A stretch of DNA of 64,000 nucleotides from an uncultured delta proteobacterium (GTDB lineage: Bacteria; Myxococcota_A; Polyangia; Polyangiales; Polyangiaceae): the NCBI GenBank assembly GCA_963716725.1, contig CAVQUB010000005.1, forward strand, positions 352,001-416,000, written 5' to 3'. Under the pieces are notes generated by a model that saw nothing but the letters and a program-made list of their open reading frames with translations, was not told the origin of the DNA and did not search any database. Position 1 is the first letter of the stretch, and every line of letters begins with the position of its first letter. This document shows positions 38,377 to 48,951 of this stretch, piece after piece. Both the position numbers and the translations under genes were made by a program.

Positions 38377-39531
38377 CTACCGACCTGACCCCGCACACTC
38401 GGTCAGAACTTCTCGCGCGGCCGCGACCAGATCTCGCGGCGCGCCGCCCTCCTCCTGGCGTGGGTCCCAACCCGTGAGTCGCACGAGCGTCGCGAGGGGC
38501 TGCTCGAGCCGGCGCTTCCACACGGTCTGCTTCCGCTCGTCGGACGACTCGCGCTCGCCCTCGCGGAGGCCGCTCTCGACCACGCTCACCAGTGCGGGCA
38601 CCAGCTCCGGCGTGCCCAGGTGTTCGGCCAAGGCGACGTAGCGCTCGCGCACCCACCAGGCGAAGGGCTCGTCGAAGCGAGGGGCCGCCTGGAGGAAGCT
38701 CTGCACGAAGAACTCGCGCTCGTCGGCGCTCGCGACGGATGGTTCGAGCGGAACCTTGTCGAGCAGCGGGTCGAGCGCTGCCCGGGCGGCTTGCAGGCCC
38801 AAGTAGCGGGTCTGACCGCTGCTGCCTGGGTACCCGGTGAAGTGGCGCACGAGCTCGTGCGAGCCCCCGCTGAGCCGGAAGTAGAGGTGGAAGTTGCCGC
38901 TCGACGTCGAGAAGCTGCGCCCCCACATGCCGTTGGGCGGCGGCGGCGGCTCGATCTCGCGGATCCGCACCGTCAGCGCGGGGCGCGCAATGGTGAGGGC
39001 CTTGGACAGCGTCTTCTCGCTGAGGCGTCCGCGTCCGATGCGCACTGGCGACTCTCCCGCCTTCGCCGCCGTGTAGTAGCCGTGGTTGGCGATGGCGAGC
39101 ACCTCGAAGTCGGTCCCGCCACGTTCCCTTCGTAGGCGCCAGAGCTCGAGGCCACCGCCGTGTCCCGAGCCGGTCTCGACCACGATTTCGTCCACGTCGG
39201 TTGTGAAGGGATCACAATCGAAGCTCACGTCGACCACGCTGCCGTTGACCGACCGATCGTAGTCTTTGACGATCTGCTTGGCGACCAGCTTCTCCGCCCG
39301 CCGATGGTCGACGCAGGTGTCGGCCTCGTAGATCTTTGCCGCGGCTCGGGCCTTGGGCGGGCCGTCCGGCATGCAGCGATTCGGCTTTGGCCTCCTGGGC
39401 GGCGGGGCCAGCGCCCGGGTCGGGGCGGGAGCAACCATGGGGACCGGTGGCAACGGCGCCTGGGGGGCTCGGACGACGGGCTGCGTGGCGCAGCCAGCGA
39501 GGATCAACGTCAATACGAGCGCCCGGTGCAT
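38377..39531 (-). CDS. Hypothetical lipoprotein
   Basis: MHRALVLTLILAGC lipobox. Confidence 0.7.
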   Translation of the reverse strand: MHRALVLTLILAGCATQPVVRAPQAPLPPVPMVAPAPTRALAPPPRRPKPNRCMPDGPPKARAAAKIYEADTCVDHRRAEKLVAKQIVKDYDRSVNGSVVDVSFDCDPFTTDVDEIVVETGSGHGGGLELWRLRRERGGTDFEVLAIANHGYYTAAKAGESPVRIGRGRLSEKTLSKALTIARPALTVRIREIEPPPPPNGMWGRSFSTSSGNFHLYFRLSGGSHELVRHFTGYPGSSGQTRYLGLQAARAALDPLLDKVPLEPSVASADEREFFVQSFLQAAPRFDEPFAWWVRERYVALAEHLGTPELVPALVSVVESGLREGERESSDERKQTVWKRRLEQPLATLVRLTGWDPRQEEGGAPRDLVAAAREVLTECAGSGR

Positions 39532-39740
39532 GCTCGAAGGAACACCGTGTGGCCCATAGGTTCCCGAAGGCCGGAGCTTCATCTACACCAGCGGCCGGGC
39601 ATCGGCGAATCGGGGCAACCCCCGCCGTGTCGAGGCGGCGACGCCGGGGGGCGATCCCCCCCATGCGCCGGGAATTGCCGAGGACCCGCCTGCCGAGTTG
39701 ACAACCGCGGTGCGCGGTAAGAATTTGCGGCGCCGACAAC

Positions 39741-40604
39741 TTGGAGGTTCTCGTGATCCTGAAGCGTCTCGTTGCATCTTTTCTGGTTCTGACCGCCGTT
39801 CAGGGCTGCGGCTACTCCGAGGACGAGTGGCAGGCCCAGCTCGCCAAATACGGACAGCTCGACCAACAATACAAGGGCGAGCAGTCCGATCACGCGAAGA
39901 CTCGCGCCGAGTTCGAGAAGACTCAGAAGCGTGTTTCGGACCTTACGGATCAGCTCAAGCGCATGGGCGTCGACATGGATCAGCTCAACAAAGCCCTCGA
40001 GCAGACCGGCACCGAGAAGGATCGCCTCGCTGCGAATGTCTCCGATCTCAACAAGGCGCTCAGCGAGTACAAGGCGCGCGCTGAGCAGCTCGAGCGGATC
40101 AAGCAGCGCTTCGAGCTGCTCCGAGATCGACTCAAGAAATTGACGAACCTCGGGCTCAAGGTCGAGGTGCGGCGCAACCGCATGGTGATTCGCTTGCCCG
40201 GCGACGTGCTCTTCGCATCCGGCAAGGACGATCTGAAAGGCGAAGGCGAGAAGGTGCTGCAAGCCGTCGCGGACGTGATCCGAGGGGACGAGCAGCTCAA
40301 GAAGCGCTTCTTCCAGGTGGCGGGCCATACCGACAACAAGCCGCTCAAGGGCGGGCAGTTCGGAGACAACTGGGGCCTCAGCGTGATGCGGGCCCGGCGA
40401 GTGCTGCTCTATTTGGTTGCGGCGACCGACGCGAAGAACGGCGGCGGCGGCCTCGACACCAACAACTTGCACGCCGCGGGCTACGGTGAGACTGACCCCG
40501 TCGCGGACAACGCCAACGATCCGGGGCGGCAGTCGAACCGCCGCGTCGAGCTGGTGATCATGCCCGACGTCGAAGAGATGCTGGACCTCAAGACCCTGAT
40601 TTGA
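39741..40604 (+). CDS. Coiled-coil OmpA/MotB-family peptidoglycan-binding lipoprotein
   Basis: VQGC lipobox, coiled coil, VLF.SG, AGHTD, NWGLS..RA, AAGYGE, NRRVE. Confidence 0.9.
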   Translation: MEVLVILKRLVASFLVLTAVQGCGYSEDEWQAQLAKYGQLDQQYKGEQSDHAKTRAEFEKTQKRVSDLTDQLKRMGVDMDQLNKALEQTGTEKDRLAANVSDLNKALSEYKARAEQLERIKQRFELLRDRLKKLTNLGLKVEVRRNRMVIRLPGDVLFASGKDDLKGEGEKVLQAVADVIRGDEQLKKRFFQVAGHTDNKPLKGGQFGDNWGLSVMRARRVLLYLVAATDAKNGGGGLDTNNLHAAGYGETDPVADNANDPGRQSNRRVELVIMPDVEEMLDLKTLI

Positions 40605-40765
40605 GCGGGATTTCCTCGAAGGTCTTGGGGGGGGCCGACGAGTTCGTCGGCCTCGAAACTCGGGGCGACCTGCGGGCGTAGTCGTATGTGTGGCCGGACT
40701 CGATTCAGCTCTCCTTCGCCGCTGAGGCCGGCCTCAGCGTGCCCCGGCTGTGGGCGAGGCTCGAG

Positions 40766-41317
40766 GTGACCGCGCCCGCGGACACGACGCTCGAAGCGCT
40801 CATGGAGCGCTACGTGGACGGAGACGAGGCCGCCTTCGACGCTCTGTATCAGCGCTCCTCGTCCCGGCTGTTTGGCTACCTGCTGCGGCTGACCCGAAGT
40901 CGGGAGCGGGCAGAAGATCTCCTCCAGGTGACCTACTCGAAGGTCCACCGAGCCCGTGGCAGCTACCTCCGAGGCGCGCCGGTCATGCCTTGGTTCATCG
41001 CCATCGCCCGCCGCTCATTTCTCGACGAGCGCCGATCCGCCAAGGTACGAAAAGAAGATCTGAGTTCCGACGGGACCCTGCCCGAGCCGAGCAGCGTGAA
41101 CCAGGACGTCGGCGACGACGTGGCCGACGCTCTCGAGCGTGCCTTGGATTCGCTGCCCGAGAATTATCGGGAGGCGATCGTCTTGACCAAGGTCACCGGG
41201 CTTTCGCTGGCGGAGGCTTCCGAGGTCTTGGGGGCCACCCCCACGGCGTTGAAGCTCCGCGTGCATCGCGGTTACGTGAAGCTGCGCGAACGCCTCGACC
41301 AGTACAAACGCCAATGA
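40766..41317 (+). CDS. ECF RNA polymerase sigma factor
   Basis: GD..AF..LY, AEDLLQ, W...IAR, LP..YRE, LK.R.HR. Start uncertain. Confidence 0.92.
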   Translation: MTAPADTTLEALMERYVDGDEAAFDALYQRSSSRLFGYLLRLTRSRERAEDLLQVTYSKVHRARGSYLRGAPVMPWFIAIARRSFLDERRSAKVRKEDLSSDGTLPEPSSVNQDVGDDVADALERALDSLPENYREAIVLTKVTGLSLAEASEVLGATPTALKLRVHRGYVKLRERLDQYKRQ

Positions 41318-42009
41318 CCTCCCCGCACGAATCCCTTCCAGAGCTACAGTGGCGCGAGCCTCCCGCCCCCGGTGCGGAGGTGTCAGCCGCGATCCGAAAG
41401 ACCTGCACTCAGGACCTGAGCAAGGGTCGCGGCCTCGCGGCGTGGCAGCGCTCGGTGCTGTCGGTCGTCGTGTCCGGGGGCGTCGTCGCGGCGCTGATTG
41501 GTCTGTTCCTGCCCAAGGCGAGGGATTCGGAGACCCTCCGCGCGACCTTGCTCGCGGCCGCGGGCTGGGGCGTCGTTCACCTGGCAGTGCTCCTGGCGGG
41601 GCTGGCCCGACCCCCCGGCAAGCGCGGATCGCGGGAGCTGCGTTGGGCCATCGCATTGGGGCTGCCCCTGGCCTTCTTCGGCTACCTCGCGCTGGCTGCC
41701 CACACCACGCTGCCCTTCGCGCGCTTCCTTCAAGAAGACACCCACGCGCCGACTTGTGGCCTCTTCACGCTGATGTTCGGTGCCGCCGCGGCCGGGGGCA
41801 CGCTCTTGGCCTGGCGACGGACTGATCCGCTGACGCCGGGCGTCTCGGGAGCGCTCGCGGGGCTGTGTGGAGGGTTGGCGGCGGCGGCCGGCATCGGGGT
41901 CGCGTGTCCGTCCCACGAGGCCTGGCACTTGTGGCTGGCCCACGGTTCGACCGTGGTGATCTTCGTGGCGGTGGGCTGGGCCGTAGGCCGGAAGTGGCTC
42001 ACGCCCTGA
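41314..42009 (+). CDS. Membrane anti-sigma factor (NrsF/DUF1109-like)
   Basis: About six TMs; C-terminal GA.AGL, ACP..E..HLWLAH; ATGA-coupled to the sigma gene. Confidence 0.7.
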   Translation: MTSPHESLPELQWREPPAPGAEVSAAIRKTCTQDLSKGRGLAAWQRSVLSVVVSGGVVAALIGLFLPKARDSETLRATLLAAAGWGVVHLAVLLAGLARPPGKRGSRELRWAIALGLPLAFFGYLALAAHTTLPFARFLQEDTHAPTCGLFTLMFGAAAAGGTLLAWRRTDPLTPGVSGALAGLCGGLAAAAGIGVACPSHEAWHLWLAHGSTVVIFVAVGWAVGRKWLTP

Positions 42010-42814
42010 CGTGAGCGGTCAGGGCGCGGCGCTCGGCGCGGGCGCGGGCGCCGCGGAGCCCGATGGCGCGGGCGGTGGATCGGGCGCCTTGGGCGGAGGC
42101 GGATTCTGCAGCGCCTCGGCCGCTCACCTTCCACTGGGCGCCTTCTTGCTCCAACGTGTAGACCACGGTCTCGTTGCCGCCGGCGCCACCCCGAGACGCG
42201 ACCCGCACCTTGGCGCTGCCCGGAGCGCGGGAGAGCAGAGCTGCTGTCGCGAGGGCTTGCCCCTCGACTGCCTTCTTCTTGGCGTCGCAGCCTGCGCTGT
42301 CCTTCTCGCAGTCCCCTTGGGCTTTCTGAAGCTCGTCGGCGATGCTGCCCTTGGCGAGCTCGAGGGCTCCCTTGAAGTCGTAGGAGTTCCATCGCTGCTG
42401 AAGCTCGAGTGCCGCACCCTTCGGATCGCGTGAGAGATCTGCGGTGGTCACCTCGCGGGGCTTGCGCGTCTGCGCGGGGTGAGCGTTGCAGGCGAAGCGC
42501 GCCGAGCCCCACATGATCAGCGTCGCGCCGGCCATGACACCCAACATGATCAGTGTTTGGCGGCTGGGGGCAGCGATCTCCTTTTCCGGCGGGAGCGCCT
42601 GCCTGGCCGGTTCGGAGCGACGTCGCTTCGGCTCGCGCGGCGCGGTCGCCGTCGCGTTCGATGCCCGCTTCTTGGCTGGGGGGGAGGGTTCGTCGTCGTC
42701 GTCGTCGTCGTCGCGGTCGACTGCCTTGGCGGGCGCGTCTTCACGCTCGTCTTCGGCCTCGTCGGCCTCGTCGGCCTCGTCGTCGTCGCGTCCGCGGTCC
42801 TGCTCGTCCGCCAT
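41999..42814 (-). CDS. Membrane-anchored protein with acidic N-terminus
   Basis: Asp/Glu-rich N-terminus, TM, IMWGSARFACN. Probable frameshift ~42120 with a Pro-rich tail ending at 42019. Confidence 0.6.
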   Translation of the reverse strand: MADEQDRGRDDDEADEADEAEDEREDAPAKAVDRDDDDDDDEPSPPAKKRASNATATAPREPKRRRSEPARQALPPEKEIAAPSRQTLIMLGVMAGATLIMWGSARFACNAHPAQTRKPREVTTADLSRDPKGAALELQQRWNSYDFKGALELAKGSIADELQKAQGDCEKDSAGCDAKKKAVEGQALATAALLSRAPGSAKVRVASRGGAGGNETVVYTLEQEGAQWKVSGRGAAESASAQGARSTARAIGLRGARARAERRALTAHVRA

Positions 42815-42964
42815 GGGGCACGAAGCATCTATGGACCGGGGCCCTTGCGCAACCGGATTCCGTGAACCGGCACCACCCGGTTTTTCCTTTGGTTTCCAAG
42901 ACTTGAGTTGGCGCTCGAAGAAAATCGGAAACCCGCGACCGCCACGTGCCGACCGAGAGCGCAA

Positions 42965-43888
42965 ATGCGTGCCTCCCTCACTTGGCTCGTCGGGGTGTTC
43001 CTTGCGTCTTTGTTCGGCTGCAAGGGCGCCGCGCCGCTGCCGCCAAAGGCCATCGAGCTGAACCGCGCCGGGGTCGAGGCCCTCGAGCAAGGCGATCTCG
43101 AGACGGCCGACGCTCGCTTCGCGCTGGCGCTCGAGTACAACCCTCGCTTCGTCGAGGCCTTGGTCAATCAGGGTCTGGTCGAGCTGCAGCGGGGTAACTT
43201 TCGCCACGCACGCCAGCTGTTGACGCGCGCGCGCAGAATCAACCCGGATGTCGCGCAGCCGCATCACGGCCTCGGCGTCCTCGCCGAACGCGAGCGCCGA
43301 CCCGACATTGCCGCCAAACACTACGACGAGGCACTGAAGGTCGATCCGGGTTTTTCCGCTGCCCGCACCAACCTCGCTCGCCTACTCTTCGAAGCAGGCC
43401 GCTACGAACATGCGCGTGTGCAGTTCAAGCGCCTCACGGAGGTGGCACCGCTCGACCCGGCCGGCTTCGTGGGCCTGACCGAGAGCCTACTGCAACTCGG
43501 TCGCCGCGACGAAGCAGACGCTCTGGTCGCCGTTGGAGCGAAGCGTTTTCCGGAGTCCGCCCCGTTGAAGATCCTCTCGGCTCGTCGGCTCCTGCGCAAC
43601 AACGACATCGGCGGGGCCATCACGCTCCTCCTGCCCCTGGCGGCTGCACGGGACGACACGGCGGTAGCGGCGCTCGGCTGGCTCGCTACCGCCGAGCTGG
43701 CGCGAGGGCGCACGCGCCACGCAGTCGGCGCTGCGGAGCGGGCCCTGGCCCTCGACCCCCAAGATCCCGTCGCCGTGTACGCGATGGCCGCTGCGCTGAC
43801 CGAGCTTCGGGACCCGGGCGCGCGGACCTGGGTCGATCGGGCCGAGCAGCTGGCGCCCGGAGTCGCACGGAACATCCCGCCGCGCTAG
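42965..43888 (+). CDS. TPR lipoprotein
   Basis: LFGC lipobox; repeated AL..NP/DP....A..NL TPR units. Confidence 0.85.
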   Translation: MRASLTWLVGVFLASLFGCKGAAPLPPKAIELNRAGVEALEQGDLETADARFALALEYNPRFVEALVNQGLVELQRGNFRHARQLLTRARRINPDVAQPHHGLGVLAERERRPDIAAKHYDEALKVDPGFSAARTNLARLLFEAGRYEHARVQFKRLTEVAPLDPAGFVGLTESLLQLGRRDEADALVAVGAKRFPESAPLKILSARRLLRNNDIGGAITLLLPLAAARDDTAVAALGWLATAELARGRTRHAVGAAERALALDPQDPVAVYAMAAALTELRDPGARTWVDRAEQLAPGVARNIPPR

Positions 43889-43909
43889 GTCGAGTATGCT
43901 GCGCCGGCC

Positions 43910-44596
43910 GTGGCCACCGCCGCCCTCCGCCCTGCTGCCTCGTCCGCGAGGCGACGAAGCCTTCTGCCTCTGGTGAGGCTCCACGACACCTGCCTGCGGA
44001 GTCGGCTCGGCGCGCAGTTCGGGAAGCTCGCCGCGTGGGCGGTCACCCTCGGCTATCTGATCGCGATGCCCTTCGGCGCCCGTGCCCTGTCGGGGGACGC
44101 GTCGGACAAGGTCGTGGGGAGCGCCTTGGCTTGGCTGACCTGGCTCGTGGGCTCCGCGCTGGCGCTCTCGGCGGTCTCGCGCGGCACCGACGAAGCGCCG
44201 GTGCGTGCCCTCGCGCTGTCGCGCGGGTTCTCGCTTCGAGCCAGCGAGCGAGCTGAGCTCTTGGCCGTTGGCCGGCGCATGCTGCGAGTGGTCGGGCTGC
44301 CGGCCATGCTGCTTGCCGTCTTCGCGCTGTCGCTGTCGCGCAACCTGCATACGGCCGTGGCCCGAGCGCTCCTCGTGCTGGGTGTCTTGGGCTACGTCCT
44401 TTTGATCTGCGTGCTCGTCGTGGTGCTGGTGCGGGTCGCCCGCGTGCTTGGCAGCCGTCGCCCGCGGTCGGCGTTGCTTGCGTTGGTCATTCTGCCCGAC
44501 ATGTTGAGGGGGCTGTTCCCGAGCGTCCCGAGCGTGCCGGCGCTGACGGGCTTCCTGGCCACCGAGCTGATGCGGATCGGAGCTCACCTCCGATGA
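43910..44596 (+). CDS. Multi-TM membrane protein (ABC-2 permease-like)
   Basis: About six hydrophobic helices; coupled to the downstream ATPase-like gene. Confidence 0.55.
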   Translation: MATAALRPAASSARRRSLLPLVRLHDTCLRSRLGAQFGKLAAWAVTLGYLIAMPFGARALSGDASDKVVGSALAWLTWLVGSALALSAVSRGTDEAPVRALALSRGFSLRASERAELLAVGRRMLRVVGLPAMLLAVFALSLSRNLHTAVARALLVLGVLGYVLLICVLVVVLVRVARVLGSRRPRSALLALVILPDMLRGLFPSVPSVPALTGFLATELMRIGAHLR

Positions 44597-45622
44597 CCGA
44601 ACTCGTGCTCGAAGGGGTGTTCCAGGGCGCGCTCGCTGGCGCGTCGCTGTCCGCCACCGCAGGGCTCAACGTGGTCCTCGCGGCTCCGTCCGACGGCGCT
44701 GCGGATTTCGGCTGCGGTGATCGGCGGGCTCGTCGTGCCTCGACGCGGGGTGGTGCGCGTGGGCGGAGTCGATCCAGCGCGCTCACCCGAGACGCGAGCG
44801 CGGATCGGCTTGGTCCTGTCGAGCGAACCTGCCTTCCTTGCGCGAAGTACCGCCGAAGCGGTGCGCCAGGTGCTCGAGTTGCGCGGCCAGAGCCAAGATC
44901 CCGGGGCGATGCTCGCCGATCACGGTCTGGGGTCCATCGCGAACGTGCCGCCCGCGCGCCTCGATCTTCGCATGCGCCGACGGGTCGCGTGGGCCCTGGC
45001 GCTCTCGATCCCAGAACCGCTCGCGCTGGTCATTCACGAGCCGTTTTCGCTGGGCGTCGAAGGCGTCGCCCGCGCAATGAGCCTCCGTGCCGAGGCCGGA
45101 ACGATCGTCGTGGCCATGACCTCGAGCCCGCGCGACGCCTCCGAGTTGGGCGGATCGTTGGTGCTGCTCGACCGCGGTCGCTTCGTGCGCCGACCCGGGA
45201 CCCCGCTCTCCGCCGAGCTCGCGCCCGGGGCGCGCGCGACGTTGCGCGTGCGTACTTCCGCTGCGCGTGCGCTGGCCCACGCGCTGGTGGTGGACCCGGA
45301 TGTCGAGTCCCTCGACTGGGACGAGGCGCAGCGCTCGGGCGAGCTCCGTGTGCGCGGTCCGGAGCTGGAGCGGATTTCCTTGGCAGTGCTTCGGAACGCG
45401 CGTGCGGTGAACGCGCCGTTGATCTCCGTCGAGGCCGGCTTGCCCGCGCTCGACGAGGTGCGAGCCGCGACCGAGGGGCTCTGGCGGGCCGCCTACGACA
45501 ACGCCGTGCGTGCCGCCGCCGCCCATGGTCGCGAGCGTGAAGAACGCGGGCGCTTGGCAGCGCTGCCTGCGGCTGCGCCTTCGTCGCCGCCACCGGACGC
45601 CAATGAGGGTCCGACCTCATGA
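44593..45622 (+). CDS. Degenerate ABC ATPase-like protein (frameshift ~44715)
   Basis: GGLVVPRRGVVRVGGVDP, RARIG, RRVAWALAL, LVIHEPF, LLDRGR; canonical Walker A absent. Confidence 0.65.
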
Positions 45623-46305
45623 GCGCCTTCGTCGCAGGCGTCCGGCTGGTGCGCTTTCGCCTCGCGTCGCGTTCCAGCGTGCTCGGGCTTGCGTTGGCGG
45701 TCGCCGCCGTGTCCGTCGCGGCCTGGCTCGAACGTCGTTCCGGCTCCAACGTCGCCGCCGATCGCGCGCTCACGGGCGTCGCCCTAGGGCTCGTGCTGCC
45801 GCTGCTTTCCCACGGCACCGTCGCGCGCGCCTTGGCGGGCACGCACTTCGAGACGTCGCTCTCGGAGCTGGCTCGCTTTGGTGGAAACCGACGGGTCATC
45901 GCCCTTGGTGTGGGCATGGCCCTGGCGCTGGTGCTCGCGATCTCCGGCGCACTGGTGGCCGCGGCCGCCGTCGTCGTGGTGCGTGCGCCCGCGGATCCCG
46001 CACTGGTCCAGGACCTGGTCACCAGCACCTGGATCGGGGCTCTCGCGGGCGCGAGCTATGCCGCCTGGTTCGGTCTGGGATCGACGATTGGGCGCGCCGG
46101 CGGTGGGCGGACCGCGCTCCTGATCATCGACTTCATCGCGGGGGCCAGCGCGGGACTCTCCGCGATGTTCTGGCCTCGGGGCCACATCCGTAACTTGCTG
46201 GGCGGTGAGCCGGTGTGGGCGATGCCGCAGTGGAGTGCCACGCTGGCACTGCTCTTGCTCACGGCCGCCTATTTCGCGTTGAGTCTATGGCGTGTGCGGC
46301 GGTGA
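45619..46305 (+). CDS. Multi-TM membrane protein (ABC-2 permease-like)
   Basis: About six TMs; WPRGHIRNLLG near the C-terminus. Confidence 0.6.
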   Translation: MSAFVAGVRLVRFRLASRSSVLGLALAVAAVSVAAWLERRSGSNVAADRALTGVALGLVLPLLSHGTVARALAGTHFETSLSELARFGGNRRVIALGVGMALALVLAISGALVAAAAVVVVRAPADPALVQDLVTSTWIGALAGASYAAWFGLGSTIGRAGGGRTALLIIDFIAGASAGLSAMFWPRGHIRNLLGGEPVWAMPQWSATLALLLLTAAYFALSLWRVRR

Positions 46306-46375
46306 GCCCGCGGCTCCTCGTCGCCAGGGCAGGGAGCTGGCCCGGACAGAGTGGGCGCGCTAGGCTTCCGCGGCC

Positions 46376-47101
46376 GTGAGGGGCATCATCCTACAAGCCG
46401 AAAGCCACGATTCGCTCGCGCTGCAAATGGAGGCCGGTGGGGACGAGCAGGAGCTCGAGCTGCCCTGCGCCGACGGCCTCAGGGACGGCGAGTGGGTGCT
46501 CGCGACCTTTTCGGTCGGAGAAGAGTCCACTGCGGTGGCGGCCTGTGTGGTCGATCGCGGCGACGGGCTGAGACTCGCGCTCACCGAGCGTGACTGGTCG
46601 CGGCTCTGGCAATTCGCCAATTCGGACGAGCCGCCGTCGATTCCGCCGCCGAGCATGCCCCTGCCGGCCTTCGAGGTGCGCGCACCAATGGATGCCTGCG
46701 TATTGATCGTCGACGATGACGCCGACCTGCAAAACGTCGTGTGCGCCATGCTCAAGTCGGCGGGCTTTCGCACCTCGGCGGTGTCCAGCGCTGAAGAGGC
46801 CTTCGACCTGCTGCGCGAGTCCCGTCCGGACCTGATGGTGCTGGACTGGAACCTGCCCGGGATGAGCGGGGTCGAATTCTGCCGCCGTCTGCGGAAAGAG
46901 CCACGCCTGGGCCGCCTGCCGGTGTTGTTCCTGACGGCTCACTCATCCACGAGCGACATCGTAGAGGCGTTTTCGGCGGGCGCGGATGACTTCGTGAGCA
47001 AGCCCTTTCGCGCGCCCGAGCTGGCGGCGCGGGTCCTTGGACTGATCCGGCGCGCGCAGATGCCGCCGCAGTCGGTGCGCAGCGGCGCCTCGAGTCCCTG
47101 A
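46376..47101 (+). CDS. Response regulator receiver protein with N-terminal extra domain
   Basis: LIVDDD, VLDWNLPGMSG, FLTA, GADDFVSKPF; no output domain. Confidence 0.88.
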   Translation: MRGIILQAESHDSLALQMEAGGDEQELELPCADGLRDGEWVLATFSVGEESTAVAACVVDRGDGLRLALTERDWSRLWQFANSDEPPSIPPPSMPLPAFEVRAPMDACVLIVDDDADLQNVVCAMLKSAGFRTSAVSSAEEAFDLLRESRPDLMVLDWNLPGMSGVEFCRRLRKEPRLGRLPVLFLTAHSSTSDIVEAFSAGADDFVSKPFRAPELAARVLGLIRRAQMPPQSVRSGASSP

Positions 47102-47104
47102 GAC

Positions 47105-48735
47105 TCACTGCTGTTCGCGGAAGGCTTCGGCTGGCCGGAGCCGCGAGGCGTACATCGCCGGCCAGACGGTGGCCGCAAGGCACACCAGGACCGCGAACAC
47201 GCCGATCATCGCGAACTCGAAGGGTTTCACCTGAACAGGAAGACGCGAAATGAAATACACCTTTGGGTCGAGCGGGAAGCCGTAGATCAACAGCCCCTTG
47301 CAGAACAAGAGGCCGAGGCCGAGGCCTATCGATGCGCCGATCAGGCCGATGATGGCGCCCTGGTACAAGAACGAACGAAGCAACGCCGAGTCGCTCGCCC
47401 CCATGGCCTTCATCACGGCGATCTCCTTCTTCTTGTCGAGCACTACCATGATCAAGGTCGCGATGACGGTGAACGCGGCGACCACGATGATCAGAGCAAG
47501 CACCAGGCTCATCAGAATCTGCTGGATACGCAGCGCGGTGAACAAGCCGTGGTTCAGCTCTTCCCAGTCCATGGTGTGGTAGATGCCGTCCGCTAGTCTT
47601 TCGTCGAGCTGGCGCGCGACCTCGCGGGCCTGTTCGATGTCCTTCACCTTCATTTCGATGCCGGTGACGCTGTCTCCGGAGTCGCCGAACACCTGCGCTT
47701 CGTACAGGTCGGTGTAGACCAGCTTCGAGTCGTACTGATCGAAACCCGCGTCGAACACGGCGATCACCCGGAACTGCTTGGCGACGGGCGCGAGCACGGC
47801 GCCGTGCGAATAGGCGTAACCCACCGTGGGAGAGGTCACCTGCACACACGAGCCGAGCTCGAGTTGCAGGTTCTCTTTCAACGTCTTGCCCACGATGATG
47901 CCCGGGAGGCGCTTCACGCTGGCCGGATCCCGGCAGGGGTCTGGGTCCACGTCGGCGGGCAATAGGTCCTCGTCCGGCAGCGCCGTCGCAAAGCCTCCAT
48001 CGGGCTCGATGGCGCCCGCCGGCGCGCCGCCGTCGAGGTCGTCAGCGGCGGGCTCGCCCTCCGACGCTTCGTCGTCGTGCACAGCGAGCGTGCTGGTGTC
48101 GTCCGCTGCTGCGCCCGCGCCCGCGCTCGCCCCCGGTCGCCCGCGCCCGCGTCGCCCGCGCCCACGCCCGCGTCCTCAGCAAGCACGATCTGCTTTTCGA
48201 TCTCGAGCAGCAGCGGGTTCCTCCCGCCGTCGACGCCGCTCTTCTTCGGGCTGGGTATCGAGGGGTCGTCGAAGAGGCTCTTGCGTCGTCGCGCCGGCGG
48301 CGTCGAGTTGGCGAGGCGCAGCCCCTCGACGTTGCCCTCGACGATGTGCCGCGGAAGATCGAGCACGGTGGGCATCCGGACCGGATCGACGCCCTTCAAC
48401 AAGACGCCGGTGGCAGACCGCTCACCGTGCGTGACCATCATCGGGTTGATGACGAAGGGCGCAATGCCGGTGATGCCCGGAAGGTCCTCCACCTTCTGCA
48501 TCACCTCGCGGTACTCGCGGAAGTCGCTCGAGTACTTCAAGATCAGTACGTGCGCGTTGACGCCGAGGACCTTCTCGCGAAACTGCGCGCGAAAGCCGCC
48601 GGTCACGCTCATCACCGTCGCGAGGGCGGCTACTCCGAGCGCGACGCCCAGAATGGCGAAGACGGTGCCGACGGAGACAAACGCCCGCTTCTTCGACCGC
48701 ATGTACCGGAGAGCGAGGTCGAGAGGGAATCCCAT
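47105..48735 (-). CDS. Lipoprotein-releasing ABC permease LolC/E (frameshift ~48100-48150)
   Basis: ALRYMRSKK, GVALGVAAL..VMSV..GF, LG.NAH; IIVVAAFTVIATLIMVV.DKKKEIAVMKAMGA; VYFISRLP. Confidence 0.9.
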
Positions 48736-48951
48736 CTTAGCGGCCCATGTAGCAGACGGTGCGCGGAGGACGACAGCCCAAACTAGCCCCGCATTCCCGC
48801 GCAATTAGCCGGCGCTCGCTCGGGCAGGCGCTCTCCGACCCACCCGCGGTGCGCTCGATGAACCCATGAGCAGTGCCCTCGCGGGCCGTCATCCCGTGAA
48901 AAGTGGAGTAAGATTAGAGCCTCGCGTAGCTTTTCTCGGACCCTCCCCCGC

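Noticed and set aside
39741..40604. Flagellar motB
   Set aside because: It has a lipoprotein signal instead of the Asp-containing TM helix, and there is no motA partner.
40630..40660. GGCCGACGA-GT-TCGTCGGCC hairpin as a terminator
   Set aside because: No U-tract on either strand, so a function cannot be assigned.
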